A stretch of DNA of 64,000 bases from Oikopleura dioica. Taxonomy: Eukaryota; Animalia; Chordata. The translations under genes were made by a program, and so were the position numbers. Numbering within the stretch: position 1 is the first letter of the stretch; every line of letters starts with the position of its first letter. Location of the stretch: positions 15,015,208 through 15,079,207 of the forward strand of contig OU015568.1 in NCBI GenBank assembly GCA_907165135.1. The letters are read 5' to 3'. Under the pieces are notes generated by a model, which had not been told where the DNA came from, did no database searches, and saw only the letters and a list, made by a program, of their open reading frames with translations. This document shows, piece after piece, positions 46,702 through 62,092 of this stretch.

Positions 46702-46857
46702 TCTAAACCATCTGAGCAGAAAAAAACACTCTCTTTTTATTAACATGATTATTCTGAGTTTTCTTCTGTTTGAAGTTATCACTCTGATCTCTTACTAGAG
46801 ATCAAAGAACAATCCTGTAATCAAAAAGAATTTTTTTTTCTGCTCAGATGGTTTAGA
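46702..46857. mobile_element. Small MITE with ~25-bp TIRs and TA flanks (Tc1/mariner-like)
   Basis: TA|TCTAAACCATCTGAGCAGAAAAAAA ... TTTTTTTCTGCTCAGATGGTTTAGA|TA. Confidence 0.75.
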
Positions 46858-47496
46858 TAATTTTCTGCTTGAAGATACCATGACTATCATTTCTAAATGT
46901 GTGTTTAATCTGGACTCCAAACAGAAAATTATTAATAAAAGTTTTTTTGATCCACTATGATGACTACCATTTTATTCATGTGCGTCGCATTATGTAACGT
47001 ATGCCATACTGTATGAAGAATATTTTGCTTTGATTTCAATGCTATCTGATGCGCAATAAAAGCTGTTGTTATATTGAAATTGAATTTAATCACATCCGTC
47101 TTATGATCTTTACATAATCGTGACATTGCATAATCTTCCTCGTCATGGTTCCATTTTTTCAAATATCCTTTTGACTGTTTAATATTACTATTCCGCTGAT
47201 TTTATATTGTCACTCGGGAGGGATTTAAACATGGGGCGTTTGAGTTGCATTCTACTGCATCCAGCATTGACATTCTAGCTCGGTAAAAAGATTTTTCGGG
47301 CCTCAGGGTGCTCCACCCTCCCTTTTTTATTACCCCTTATTGGACAAAAGTCGGTCCTGATTTTCGTTAAAATCAATGTTTTAGGCTATCCGAAGTCAGA
47401 GAAACCTCTCCATCCCCAAAATACACCCCAGGTCCGTACTATAAGAAAAAGCTTGGCTTGTCTACCGGACAACTTGTAAAGCTGACTTTTAGAGAC

Positions 47497-49855
<2,359 letters not shown>

Positions 49856-50362
49856 AAACTCTAAGTCCGTGATGATCCTGATCCATGATCGATTCCTGGC
49901 TGAATGATTCAAATTCATGTTTCTGTATGTTTGTTGACCAGTTTCCCGCTTCCAACATTCTCCCAACTGTGCATTACTTACATGTGGATCGAAGGAAAGT
50001 GGCCGTCCTTATTACCGCTTGTCCGCGACCTGTGCAAAATGAAAACAACCTCTCAATTTTATTTTACCTTATTCCACGTCTTTCAATGGCTCACAAAGAT
50101 GAAACATCTTGCAATACAAAAATTCTTAATAATAAACATATGAAAGTTCTATTACATGAATTGTTGTTTTACGAAGACAAAGAAAATATTCTAGGGCTTC
50201 GAGTCTAATGGTTAGGCCCTAACCGTTAGGGTTAAACTTCAACCCCAGTATATTGACCATATTATATTGATGCTTGTATAGACAATTCTGTTTGATTATG
50301 ATGCTTATTTATTGGTTGAAAGAATCAAAGTCAGATATTCAATGATAAATTGTGGCTGTATT

Positions 50363-50674
50363 TTAAACATAATAGTCGCAGCTAATAGTGTGTTGTCTAA
50401 CAATTACTTTGCAGTCAGAAAATTGTCGGAAGTTTCCGTTGAAAATATATTTCATATCCCAAAGAAGATCGCGGCATTCTTGGTAGCGTTCAAAGTTGCG
50501 ATTTCTTCCGCACCAGTAGAGCGCGTTTTTGTAGCTTGAGAGTTTGTAGCGAAGCTCCATCGGTTCAGCTTCGAGAAGATCGACTGTTCGGGGGTGTCTG
50601 GGTGTGAGTTCGGCTGAGTGAAATGCAGCGGCAAATGCGCTGGAGAAGAGAGCGAGAAAGATGGTTGTGTGCAT
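50363..50674 (-). CDS. Small secreted protein, 103 aa, RHPR processing site, 4 Cys
   Basis: Signal peptide MHTTIFLALFSSAFA; R-x-x-R site; single open frame. Confidence 0.7.
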   Translation of the reverse strand: MHTTIFLALFSSAFAAAFHSAELTPRHPRTVDLLEAEPMELRYKLSSYKNALYWCGRNRNFERYQECRDLLWDMKYIFNGNFRQFSDCKVIVRQHTISCDYYV

Positions 50675-51419
50675 TTTGCGTTTGGATTGTTTAGTGTTGG
50701 ATATTTAACTGAAATTGATGCTCGACGACAGACGAAGTTAATTTTTATACTATCAGACGATCCACAAGAGCGCCATCATCCGATCGGCGCTCGTCTTCCT
50801 GGGTCAGGAGAATTTAAGTTCATGAAAATGCAGTAGCACGAAATGGCGCTAGTGCTCCAGAAACAGCTGGCTGCCGAAGTAGCTACACGCCACGTCATAA
50901 CGAAGGTCTACCAAGCAGCTTTACGCTGATAATCTAATAAGAGTCTGATAATACTATAGTCTAAAATAAAAGTGTACGATTATAATTTATAAATCAGAAA
51001 TATACGAATAAATGAACCATCATTTAATAAATAATCTGTTGGATGATTCAAAGCTGTTTGAAAAGGGATGAATAATTCGTTATCATATTGAACTTCTAGT
51101 GCTCTTGCCCCGAGGCAGGTGGAGTAGCACCACCGCGCTCATTCATAAAATTCTCACAAGAGAAATTTATATTTTGAAAATATAAGACAGATGATGTAAC
51201 CAAGAGAAATTTAAATATGAAGCGAGTGAAATATCTCCAATATTTCATTTTTAGCATTTTTGCTAATGCACAAGGTTTGATACAGTGAAATGTAGCCGGC
51301 TTTTGATTATGTATTAGAGCTTGGATTTTCGAATCTTCCGAGTCTTGGAATTTCCGTCTCAGGGACCAATTCACGAGGACCGTCACGTGGAGGGTCTTCT
51401 GCAGACGATTCTAATAGTT

Positions 51420-54400
51420 ATGTCCTTCCTGTGGAAGACATTAATGGCTTTGCTGTTGCTCCAGCAGTTAACAATGTCACGAGCGATATCAATCCCAGAG
51501 ATATTCAAAGTAGAACCCAGGCAAAGAGTTACAAAGAAAATATTCTAATTGAAAAACTGACGTAGAGAGGGCGCTAGCTATCTGAAGCGAGTCCGCACGC
51601 TGTTACTAAATGATGTTAATACATATCATTATGTAGCTTATGATTTCAAAAATGGCTAAACTCTCTTGAAAGGACCGTAACATGCCAATGCCCCTGGAGT
51701 TGGAAAAGCACTCTGCTACTGCTCGATCTTTGGTGCTCCGATTTCGCGAACCCGATAAAACTGGCTCTTACAGTCATTATAAAATCTCAATCGAGAACAA
51801 TGTCAGTCGCCTCGACAAAAACATCAACCGCATTGTTCGAAAGGACAAATTGACATCGACGGACGCAGGAGGCATCAAATACTACTTCATTGAGGTCAAT
51901 TCGAAAGACTTTCTGCCAGGGGTAAAATACATGGTGACGGTTCAAACAATGAGGATCGAGGGCAATCGCTATTTCAATTCGGCGTATGAGATGCAGAAGA
52001 ATCGGATCCAAATGAGAACACTGCCGGATTCTATCACAAATCTTCAGATTTCGCAGACAGAAATGCTTGCCAGATCGATGACTGTTGATTTTCTTGGCAA
52101 ATCGACACGGCAAGACATGGCAATGTACGACTACTTCCGGATCCGACTCATTGAAATGGACGGAGAGGATCAAATCCAAAAAGATTACCTGACTATTCCA
52201 CATGAGACGAAGAGCGTCAGCAATTGGTCGCCAATGCCTGTTCCATATTCGCATACGTTTGAAGGACTCAATTTCGGGACCCAGTATCTTGTTCAAATTT
52301 CGACAATCTCCGACGGCGGCTATTTTAAGAGTAACGAAGAAGAAGCTTCTCCGGCGAAAATGAAGGAGCTAGATATTACCGAGTCTGAAATCAGATCCGA
52401 GTTTTACACGGTTTCTTTTGACGGACCCAAGAACGTCACGAAGCTTGACTTCACTAAGAACTCAATTACGCTCGGCTGGGAAGCGATTGAAATGGATGGA
52501 ATCACGCAGTACCAAATCACCTATTCTCAAATCAATTCGAACAATACAATGGGCGATGATGTAACGCTCAACATTCCTGCAGAGCATATTGGCGGCGGCG
52601 ATCAGGAAATTTACACATTAGAAAATCTCCTTCCTGGGTTTCAATACATGATCTCTATCTATTCCATCCGCGAGGGTTTTCCTAACGGGAATAGATCAGA
52701 AGCTTCCCTCGAGTATTTTCAAACGATGCCGGACGCGCCAAGGCCCGAGCAAATCAATATTACATTGGCAGAGGACGAAATCACCCTCAACTCGTCGCCT
52801 GAGTTTCGAGAAGCGAATGTAACTTGGCCAGAACCTCTCGGTCACGTGTCTTATTACTGCGTGGAATACTTTGATGTGGACAGAGAAGGCGAAGAAGACC
52901 AAGTTGTTGATGAAAATGACCCAGCTGCGGACTCTGCGGAAAGAAAACCGAGTTGTCTGAAAGCTGAAGGAAATTCTCGAAACTTTCCACTGAAAAATCT
53001 CACTCCAGGTGGTTTGTACAATGTGACCCTGACCGTAGGGTCGCGACTGAACAACGACGCCGATCCAACTCGAAATATTGTCAGCCGTCTCTATCGAGTA
53101 AAGCCGAATCCTCCCGAACGAGCTGTTGCTGATTCCACCCGTGGAACAATTCACCTCGCCTGGCTTCGACCACAGGGCATGAGTCAAGTTTCCGGCTGGA
53201 GGTACAGGCTTAGATACGTCTTGAGCGACGTGTCACTCGATGATCCAGAGCAACCGGAAGAAATGGTCAAGTTTATTTCTGCAGGAACGTCTTCTGATTC
53301 CAAATCTTCAATCCCCCGCCGAGACGATTTCTTATCTCGTCTTCTTTCTGGTCGAAAATATATGATTCACATTGAGACAATTTCCGGCACTGGAAACGAG
53401 ACAGTCGTTTCTAACCCACTCGGGCCGCTTTACGTCTATACTCAGCCAGAGCAGCCTACTGTCATTGAATGGTTGCAAGTCACCACTGATCATATTAAAA
53501 TTATTTGGGCGCCACCTGAGAACCCCGAAGGTAAATTCAACAACTATTATCTCAACGTTACAAGACGACGGGCACGGCGTCAGGAAGTCAATTATAAGGA
53601 CCGGTTCAAGCTAGTTTACAGTGATTAGATTGATGCTTATACCAATATCACGAGAAAGGTAGTCACCTTGGAGAATCAGTTCCTTTTCTTATTCGAATTA
53701 TTTCTTCGATTTTTTTACTGAACTTTTATTTGAACTGAAAAAAGGCTGAAAGCTACCATTTCAAATTCGACAAGAACGAAACCAACCATGTCATGAAAAT
53801 AACAACTGGTGCCTTGTACAATCTAACTCTAACAACCATTGTCGGCCTGGAGAAGGGGCAAAAGATGCTTGAATCGATCGTTACCAACGAGAACAAAATT
53901 CTGGAGCTGGAAACATGGAGCCCATATGTGATGCACTCGCCATTTAAGCGGCTCGAATGGAAATTTTCTTCCTGTGGCAAGATAGGACGATTCGGCCCTA
54001 ACCAGGTATTTTTTCCATTTTTATCCGCGTAGATGTTGCGGAAATCGCTTGAATTATAATTTATAAAAAGTGTTTGAATTTCGAATACTTTTTCCTTCAG
54101 TCAGTACAAAAAAATTACAGAGTAGTAATTGACGTATTCATAGGATCAATGTGACGCAGCATATTCCGGTAGCAATCTCCAAAACCTTGTCAGGCTAAAC
54201 GACGGAGTTCAGGAAAGATTAAAAAAAAACGATGATAAAGTTTGTAGTGGTGGCGCTTTTCGGATTTAGAGCGAAAATCATCGGTATTTGACTGAATCAA
54301 TCAGTTTTTGAAAATTTTTGGGAGACATCATCTTTGAACTTTCGTTTTATTTTTTTCAGGTTCATTGTGAAAATAGACACGCTAACCTAGATAACATATA

Positions 54401-57400
54401 AATAATTCAGTCTGTTCGCCAGAGATTCTGGGAACACCTACACATGGAACAATTCCATGTCATTTATGATAATACTTGTTATATAACCTTATTTGTGATT
54501 CAAATGAGCTCTCAGAGAATCATCATTGTCTATTTTCGTATCTACAATAGTACCTCAGCAATAAATTTTAATCGATCAAACAGGAATGGCTCGCTCCTAT
54601 TCGCGGCCTATACAGAATCATCGCTGCTGGAGCAGGATACGATGTTACTGGCGGGCTGGGCGCAGTTGTTTCAGCAACGTTTCATTTTGACGAAGGTGAA
54701 GTGCTGAGGATTCTCGTTGGGCAGCGCGGGGACCAACGTGGCGGAAACATGGTTGTAGGAATAGATGTTTGAAACAAAATAAAATCTCAAGGGAATATTT
54801 TTTATGATGGAAAAACACAAGTTTTTCTATATTCGCCCAAAAAGATGAAATAAGTAACATCCTAAAAAGGCGGAGCTGGAGGATCTTTCGTCTTTGCTAA
54901 CGATTCCACCCCGCTAGTCGTAGCTGGCGGAGCAGGAAGTAGCTCCCCACGAGTCCCACCCGACGAGGCTAGCAACGCTATTTTGTCACAAGTCGGCCGC
55001 GACGCTTCCGAAACTGGCATCAACTTCGGCTTTGGTGGCATCCGCGGACAGTCCGGTCGACGAGGATCAATCGGGACTGGAGGAGGTGCTGGGCTTCTTG
55101 AACATGGGGACAAGCCGTTGCCTAAAGGTGCTACTGATATTGTCTCTGAAGCTGTTGCGCTTTTCGGAAACGCAACATTTGATATAAATGGAAAGGTGCT
55201 TCCAGCCGGATGTGGCGGAAGATATATGACAGGAGAGGATATATTTTTATGTAATACATTTATGTAACTTGTATGATTTTATAGAATTGATTAAATTCTC
55301 ATGGCCTATCTATGCACTGAAGTCACATATCTTATGTGTATTTTTTCTCGTTTAGAAGTGTTAAATACATAGTTGAATGACTTTAGGATAGCCTAAATTG
55401 TTCAATAAAAACATTCCAAAAGTGTTTATATATCTTACAAAAGGAACGGGCGAATTTTCCGAAGGTGGTTTTGGAGGCGGCGGAGCTGGTTATGTTGGTG
55501 CTTCTGGTGGTGGTGGCGGATACTCTGGCGGAGCAGGAGGACCCGAAGGAGGATATTCCGGCGGTGGAGGTTGCTTTCTCAAGTTCTCTGGTGGAGTGCA
55601 GCATGCCGCCCTTGACAACTCTGGAGAGGGTTTTATCGTCATTTCTCTGATTGGCCTTAAAAATGATCCACCGATTCCGATCAATCTCTACATGGGTCTT
55701 TCCGGGATCTTCGGAGTGGGAGTTGCTGCTTGGTGCACTTGCTTGATGACGTGGATCAGTAAATGCCTCGATTGGATCATTGGAGAAGACAAGGAGCTTG
55801 TTCAAATGAAAGCGAATAGAGCAACTCAACTCCGACAAAAGCAGCTCCGTCAGCAGGCCGAGTACGAACAAGCTCTTCAAGATGCCGTGCTCAAACGATT
55901 CGTCGACGACAATTTTGAATCAGGCTTCTCCTCCGAAATATCTTATCCAGTAAGAAGCGAAGTTCGCCGCAGATCTCGAAAGAGCGAGGAACTCATCCGT
56001 CGTGGCAGGAGCCCGACTGTGCGCGGCAGGAAGATAAAGCAGGGGCCTGCTCAGAATATTCCGTACAGAATGGCGGACGCTGGAAGCCCACCACCCAGCA
56101 CAAAGCCTCCTAAATCGACGAAAACATCCTTCAGAAGTATGATCTCTTCCGTCGCATCGGCCTTGAGCATGGCAGAACAGCCCAAAGACGAAGAGGAAAT
56201 TCAACTGGACGACATTGTGGAAATCGAAGATCCGGATTATGCTGTGAATCGTGAAGGATATCGAATTCCAAAAGTGAGAACGATCGACGATCCAGACGAT
56301 GTTGTCGTCGCTTACAAACGAAATTTTGTCACTCCAGAAGAGTTACAAGATCCCGACCGAGCGAAAAAATTCGAGCAGCAAAAAAAAGACTTCAAAAAAG
56401 CCGCAGATAGATTCGGAACTGCCATGTTTCAACAACGCAACAATGCAAAGGCGCCAATAGTTCCAGTGGCCAAGTTGGGCGAAAATACAAGACTGAATCC
56501 GGCCGAAATTCGTGATGGATACGCTGCTGCGCTCGTGCAATCACGTGCTCATCATCGTCAAGAGACTCCGAAAGTCACACAGCCAGCAGTCATAGGAACA
56601 GGTCACACTTATCGTTTATTATTTTTCAAAACGAAATTAGATTATGCAAAGTCCCCGTAACGTTCTTGCTCAAAATGAATTAATTGGCTGGGTCCGCATT
56701 GCCAAGGATCCAATATGGTCCATACTCTCGGTGGGTGAAGGCGCCAAGCCGTGGCAGGGAGATGCAACGTGGCCACCGCCAAGTGCTAACTCCCGCAGAG
56801 GCAGCACCTCGGCACAACTCGAGGGTGGTGAGGCCACTCTCAGCATGTGATGGCTGAGCTGATGGTCAAACATAATGAGCGAGTTGAGCAGATTAAGCTC
56901 AACCCCCGGATGAGCCGCAAGTTTGGAGATAAGGAGGCCAAAAAATTAAATACTCTTAAAACATCGCATGTGGGGTTTTTTGATGCGAGGAGTCCGAATC
57001 TGATGTCAAAAATGATTTCTAATGTCCAGTTTTCAAAGGGCAGTGATTTACGCTAGATTTCCTGCCCTTATAAAGGTATTTTCTCGATCCTGTAATTAAC
57101 TACATGGGACAGATCCGCTCTCGGACAGCAGGTGAGTTTCGCCGCGGGTGATCGGATAAATGTAAAAGTTTCAGTAAATACTAATTTTGTAGAGCAGATT
57201 TCATATCTGTGGTCAAAATTTGAAATGACTTCTCCTTATATCATTAAAATTGACTTGAAAAATCCATAAGTGCAGTCGAATACATCTTCTGTTCCATGTT
57301 AATAAATCCTGGAGGGCTTTTCTACTTTGGACAGGAATCTCGCTTACATTACTGCCCTGTTAAAACTAGACATTTTTGACATCAGATTCGGATTCGTCGC

Positions 57401-60400
57401 ATCAAAAAACCCTACTAGAGAAACTTTCAGTCAATTCAATTTTTTCCCTCCATATCTCCAAATTTGCAGCTCATCCGGGGGTCGAGCTTGATCTGATTAA
57501 TCAGCTCACTTCGCTCATTATGTTTGCACACAGCTCAGCCATCACACGCTTAGAGTAGCCTCGCCAGCGTCGAGTTGGGCCGAGGTGCTGCCCCTGCGGG
57601 AGTTAGCACTTGGCGGTGGTCACGTTGCATCTCCCTGCCTCGGCTTGGCGCCTTCACCCACCGAGAGTATGGACCATATTGGATCCTTGGCAATGCGGAC
57701 TACCCCAATTAATTGTCGAAATCGTCATAGATATCTGTCGCAAACCAGTGCTTATATTTTTTTGTTTCCAAAGAGGAATTTCTCCTAAAAGCACTCATTT
57801 TCAGCGTAAACCGTTCCGCCGAGTATGCCTGGGCAGTGCTGCAAATAGCCTGCTTTCGAGGCTTTTTTTTCATCGAAAGTGTTTCCTTTACATTATATAA
57901 GCTCGACATAAATGCGACAAAGATACATCTTTACCCTTCGTTCTGTATTCGAACCAATTGATGAGAACAGCTAGTAGATCTATCATTTGAAATGCTTAAA
58001 AACACGATGGAACCAATGGCATGTTTTGATTGATTTCATCGGCCTAAATTCTGGTAAAAAATGACCTTCAACAAAGATTTCCCTTGCGAGCGCGCACCAA
58101 CTCCTCCCGAGACAGATTACGATGATCCGGACTATGATTCGGAAGTGGAAGCCGAGAAAAAGCGAAAGAGGGAAGAAGAGGCAATAAAACTGAAGATGCG
58201 GCCGAAATCATCGAACCAGACAAAAGCTGCCTTCGGGACCGGAAAACAGATTCTCAACAAGATGCAGCAGAATGGCTGGACTGTGGCGCCTGGCGGACAG
58301 CTCATCAAGCCAAAGCCCAAACCAAAGCCAAGGACGATGGGGGATAAAGCGATTCTCGTGAGAACGCAGGATGGAGTCGTCGCACTTGGAGGAAAAGAAC
58401 CCATCGATACAGATACAGCAGAGCCAGTGCGAAAATCGCCAAAACTCGAGCCCAAAGTCATCCGTTCTCTTCAAAAAGAAGCTCCAGCGGCTTCTGCCGG
58501 TCCTCCTGCACCTCCCAAGGCCCCGGAAATGGATGATTCGCAAGTTCCTGGTTCTAATCCATCTGCTGATGGAGGTATAATCCAGGTAATAAGACCATGC
58601 TAGTGGAAACTTGCCCTTTTTAGTCACTGAGCGGATCTTAACGTGCGACATTTTAGTTCTCCATCGAGGGTGAAATTGCGAAAATGAAGAAGGAGAATGA
58701 GGCGAAAAAAGCACTGAAAAAGAGTCAACTGGAGGAGCTTGAGGATTTGCCCACACATTTAAATACCAATGCACCGGTATTTGACAGGATTAGAGATCGT
58801 GTGGCTCAAGAAAAGGCAGATGCCCGGAAACAGAATGCTTTTGCTTCCGCTACGGAAACAGAAACGGAAGTAGAATTTGAAGATATACCGCAGGTCAGTA
58901 AATCTGAAAAGATGAGTTTAACCGAGTTTATAGCAATCTACTCATGATGATGAAGCAACAACGACTGACTTTGACGAAGACGACTTCAAGCCTATCAAGC
59001 CCAAGACGGTTTCTGCGTCTTCTAGTCAAAAGAAACCATTGACGAGACAGGAGTCAGAGCTTTCTGAAATGTCTGACTTATCCGACATTCCCACATTGTC
59101 TGATCTTGGAGAATCGGAGATCGACGAAGATATGAGAACTGTGAAGGAACTTGTCGGCGCGACAAACGACAGTCCGAGCAAGGGAATAGACATACGACTG
59201 TCTACAGATGACGAAAGTCAGTCAGAACTTCATCTGACTGACATTGACCCATCAGAAAAGCTCGATTCAAACTCAGACAATGAGTATGCAGCCTCACTTG
59301 TTTCGCGAATGACCGGAGGTACCATCCGACCCGGGCCAGGATACAACACGGGTACAATCAAATCAAATATCTCCGGCTTTACGGTGGCTTTAAATTCCTC
59401 CGATCAAGACGAAATCCGACCAGAGGACATTTTCTCGGACGCAACTGCTACCGAAACCGACTCTGATGACTTGCCACTGCCAACGCCTATCAAACCAAAG
59501 TCGCAAACTTCTGGATCGAGGCCAGTTTCACCAACGAAATCGATCCTTTCTAGGTCGACTCCTCCTATTCCAGAAAAGCCCCCAAGCATCAGACCATCAA
59601 TTAATAATGCAGGAGTGGCTTTATAATTACCACGAACAGCTCAAATCTGACTACTCATAAAATAATTTCTAAGTTTATACTGGAATATAATTGTTCACTT
59701 ATCTGTTTTTAATAACTTTGTTTTCAATCCAATTAGAAAGAGTTAATCCGTCAAATAAAATCAAATTATTCTTCTGAAAAGGATCAAATAAAACATCAAA
59801 TCGCTATGTACCTAGTAACCTAATAGGTTGGTAGTATCAATTAACTCATACAAAGCCTTCCATAAGTACCTATCAACAATCCTTCTCCAACCGCCCAGAA
59901 CTTCACTCCCTTCAACGAGGTAAAACTGAAACCAATCGGAGCTGGGCAGAACTCGAACAAACGCCCAGTAGATCTGAAACCTGTTCTCAAAACATCTTCA
60001 CCGCCGAAACCAGTTGTTGCTCAAAAACAAACTCTTCTAACAACCGATGATGATGATGATCACCTTGTTCTCCCTGATGCCTCCGCAACAGAGGACGAGA
60101 CTGATCTCGAGCTTCCAAAGATAGACACAAACATCATTACAGATACCGACTCAGATTGGCCGGAACCAACGCCAATAAAGCCAATGCAAGTCGTCACTGA
60201 CACCGATTCCGACTGGCCTGAGCCACAAGCGATCAAGCCCAAACCAGCGCAGTTGTCAAAAGCTCCACTCAATTCCCAGCCAATTAGACAATCAAATACA
60301 CTTTCCGCAGTACTAACTCAGAAGAACAATTCGACTTTTGACAAGGCAAATTTCCAACAGCAAGCAAACTAATCGATTAAATAAAAATTCAGCTAAAACC

Positions 60401-60530
60401 AGTTTCACCTAAAAAGCCACCGATGCCCGAACCAGTAGAAAGTTGCCTCTCCGACGGATCCAGCGGATCAGATGCCGACGTTCTTTCTGACGGAATCACT
60501 ACTGAGCACGACTCAGACTTTGTCGTCTGA
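51420..60530 (+). CDS. Single-pass membrane protein: signal peptide, ~6 FN3, ALK/LTK-type glycine-rich domain, TM, long disordered tail; no kinase
   Basis: Signal MSFLWKTLMALLLLQQLTMSRA; FN3 hallmarks (W..P, Y.V, L.PG..Y). GRD motifs WKFSSCGKIGRFGPNQ/DQCDAAY, GVQ/EWLAP..GLYRIIAAGA, LRILVGQRG, PLVVAGGAG, EGGFGGGG, GGGGGYSGG, GEGFIVIS. TM at 55686-55757. Exons can be joined in frame to the stop at 60528-60530; some junctions are non-canonical. Confidence 0.78.
56678..57714. mobile_element. Foldback/MITE-like element with ~270-bp GC-rich inverted arms, in a receptor intron
   Basis: 56678-~56940 is the near reverse complement of ~57445-57714; both ends read AATTAATT. Confidence 0.85.
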
Positions 60531-60990
60531 AATTTCCACCTTTGACCTAACTAACATTAATCTGTACACATGACACTGAAAACATCCCGTCCAAACTTTT
60601 TTCCAAAAAAAATACTCTTGCACCCTTGAAAAAAATTGTAAATTTACTAATAAATATTCCACTTGTCCTCTGATGTTTTCTTCGTTGATTGCAAAAGAAA
60701 GGAAGAAAGGCCTGAAAATGAAGATTGACGTCACAAAAAAGCTCTCGACTAATTAAAAAAGGCGGCTGGCGGCGAGTTGATTGTGTTTTTATGCCCTGTG
60801 GCGTGAGCCTACCATAGCTTGCCCGGCTTTCATTGGTTCATTGATTATATGAAATATCGGCCATGACGTTAAATTGTCTCTTTGACGCGTAACTGCGGCT
60901 CTCTGGATCATTAATCTGCCTCGATCAGAGCGTATTTTCGCCAGACAAATTCTGCTCTTGCCAAAGTAAGCTTTTTATCTAGGATAAGAT

Positions 60991-62092
60991 TTAGTCCGCT
61001 GGGAAATTTGGAAGAAACACACAACCTAGACATATTGAAGGAGAGAGACAGATATAAAGAGAGATAAGAAACGAACAAAAAGACTCAGTCTGAAGAGAGA
61101 AGAAAAAATAGAAAATATCGACAGAATTCGTGAAACCAAACAAGTCCGACAACGAGAGAGATGCTAAAAGGCCTGGGAAACTTGTCTTACTTTTTATTTG
61201 CATAAAGTAATCATTAATTGATATGATCGTGAAAAAGGCCTTTTTATCTTTTTTCTGTTTGTCGGCTTCTTCTTGTTTTACCGGTCTTGAGATAATGCTC
61301 TGTCTTTGATCATGATACAGATTGTTAACTGCGATGATAAACATAATTGAATTTTTTATTCAAAAAATTGCTTTAATTAGATCGGTAACTGATGTTGAAA
61401 GCAGCTTCCACTCAATTCTGTCTAAATTCAGTCAACTCCAGTCGACTCATCCTGTTGAAGCCGCTTTTTTCCGTCCAGGGGCTTGGCCCTGCTAATAACC
61501 TTTTCTCATTAATTTGCAAATCGTTTTCACCATAATCGATAATTTGAGTGGTAATCTGCTGAGCCTCCTCTACTCGTTTTGTGCATTGTTTCTTTTGTGA
61601 GAGAACACTTCTTTCGTCAGAATTTTAATAACGACCGCTTTCTTCATTTTTACGGGCTAAAGGAATCGGGGTACTTTGCTTTAGATATTATCATAATATG
61701 AAGAAATTGGTCGTTAAAAATTACATAAAGGATAATTATTTGCCGCAAAAGTAAATCTGAAAGAAATTTACCGCTACTAAAATACTTAAGTACGTAGATG
61801 AAGATCTTTAATATTGCTGAATTACAAAGAAAAGCTGTTCTTATCTAAGTTTTATTACTATTTAGAACTTTTATTAGGATGATAAGCACCTGATAAGTAT
61901 GATAATATCGATGATTACTTCTGATTTGCTTTTTCTTTTACGTAAGGTTGGATAAGATAAAGGATTCCCAAGAACCGTTAGACACCTAAAATGCCGGCAA
62001 AACTTTGGTATCATCGTTGAAGACACCCTTAATTTGTCAATTAATCTCTTCGCTACTCTTTTTTGCGTAAGTTTATGTACGTCATAAAGCAA
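60991..62092 (-). CDS. Possible multi-exon gene of unknown function
   Basis: Several short open, protein-like segments (e.g. SDERSVLSQKKQCTKRVEEAQQITTQ, LYHDQRQSIISRPVKQEE) with splice-like sites; could not be assembled confidently. Confidence 0.3.

Noticed and set aside
50206-50235. Small hairpin with TTAGGG-like fragments (similar text near 33350)
   Set aside because: Too short for an interstitial telomere or a confident Helitron end.
51682-53628. Receptor protein tyrosine phosphatase (R3 type) call for the FN3 array
   Set aside because: No PTP catalytic motif (HCSAG) follows the TM; a glycine-rich domain and a disordered tail are present instead.
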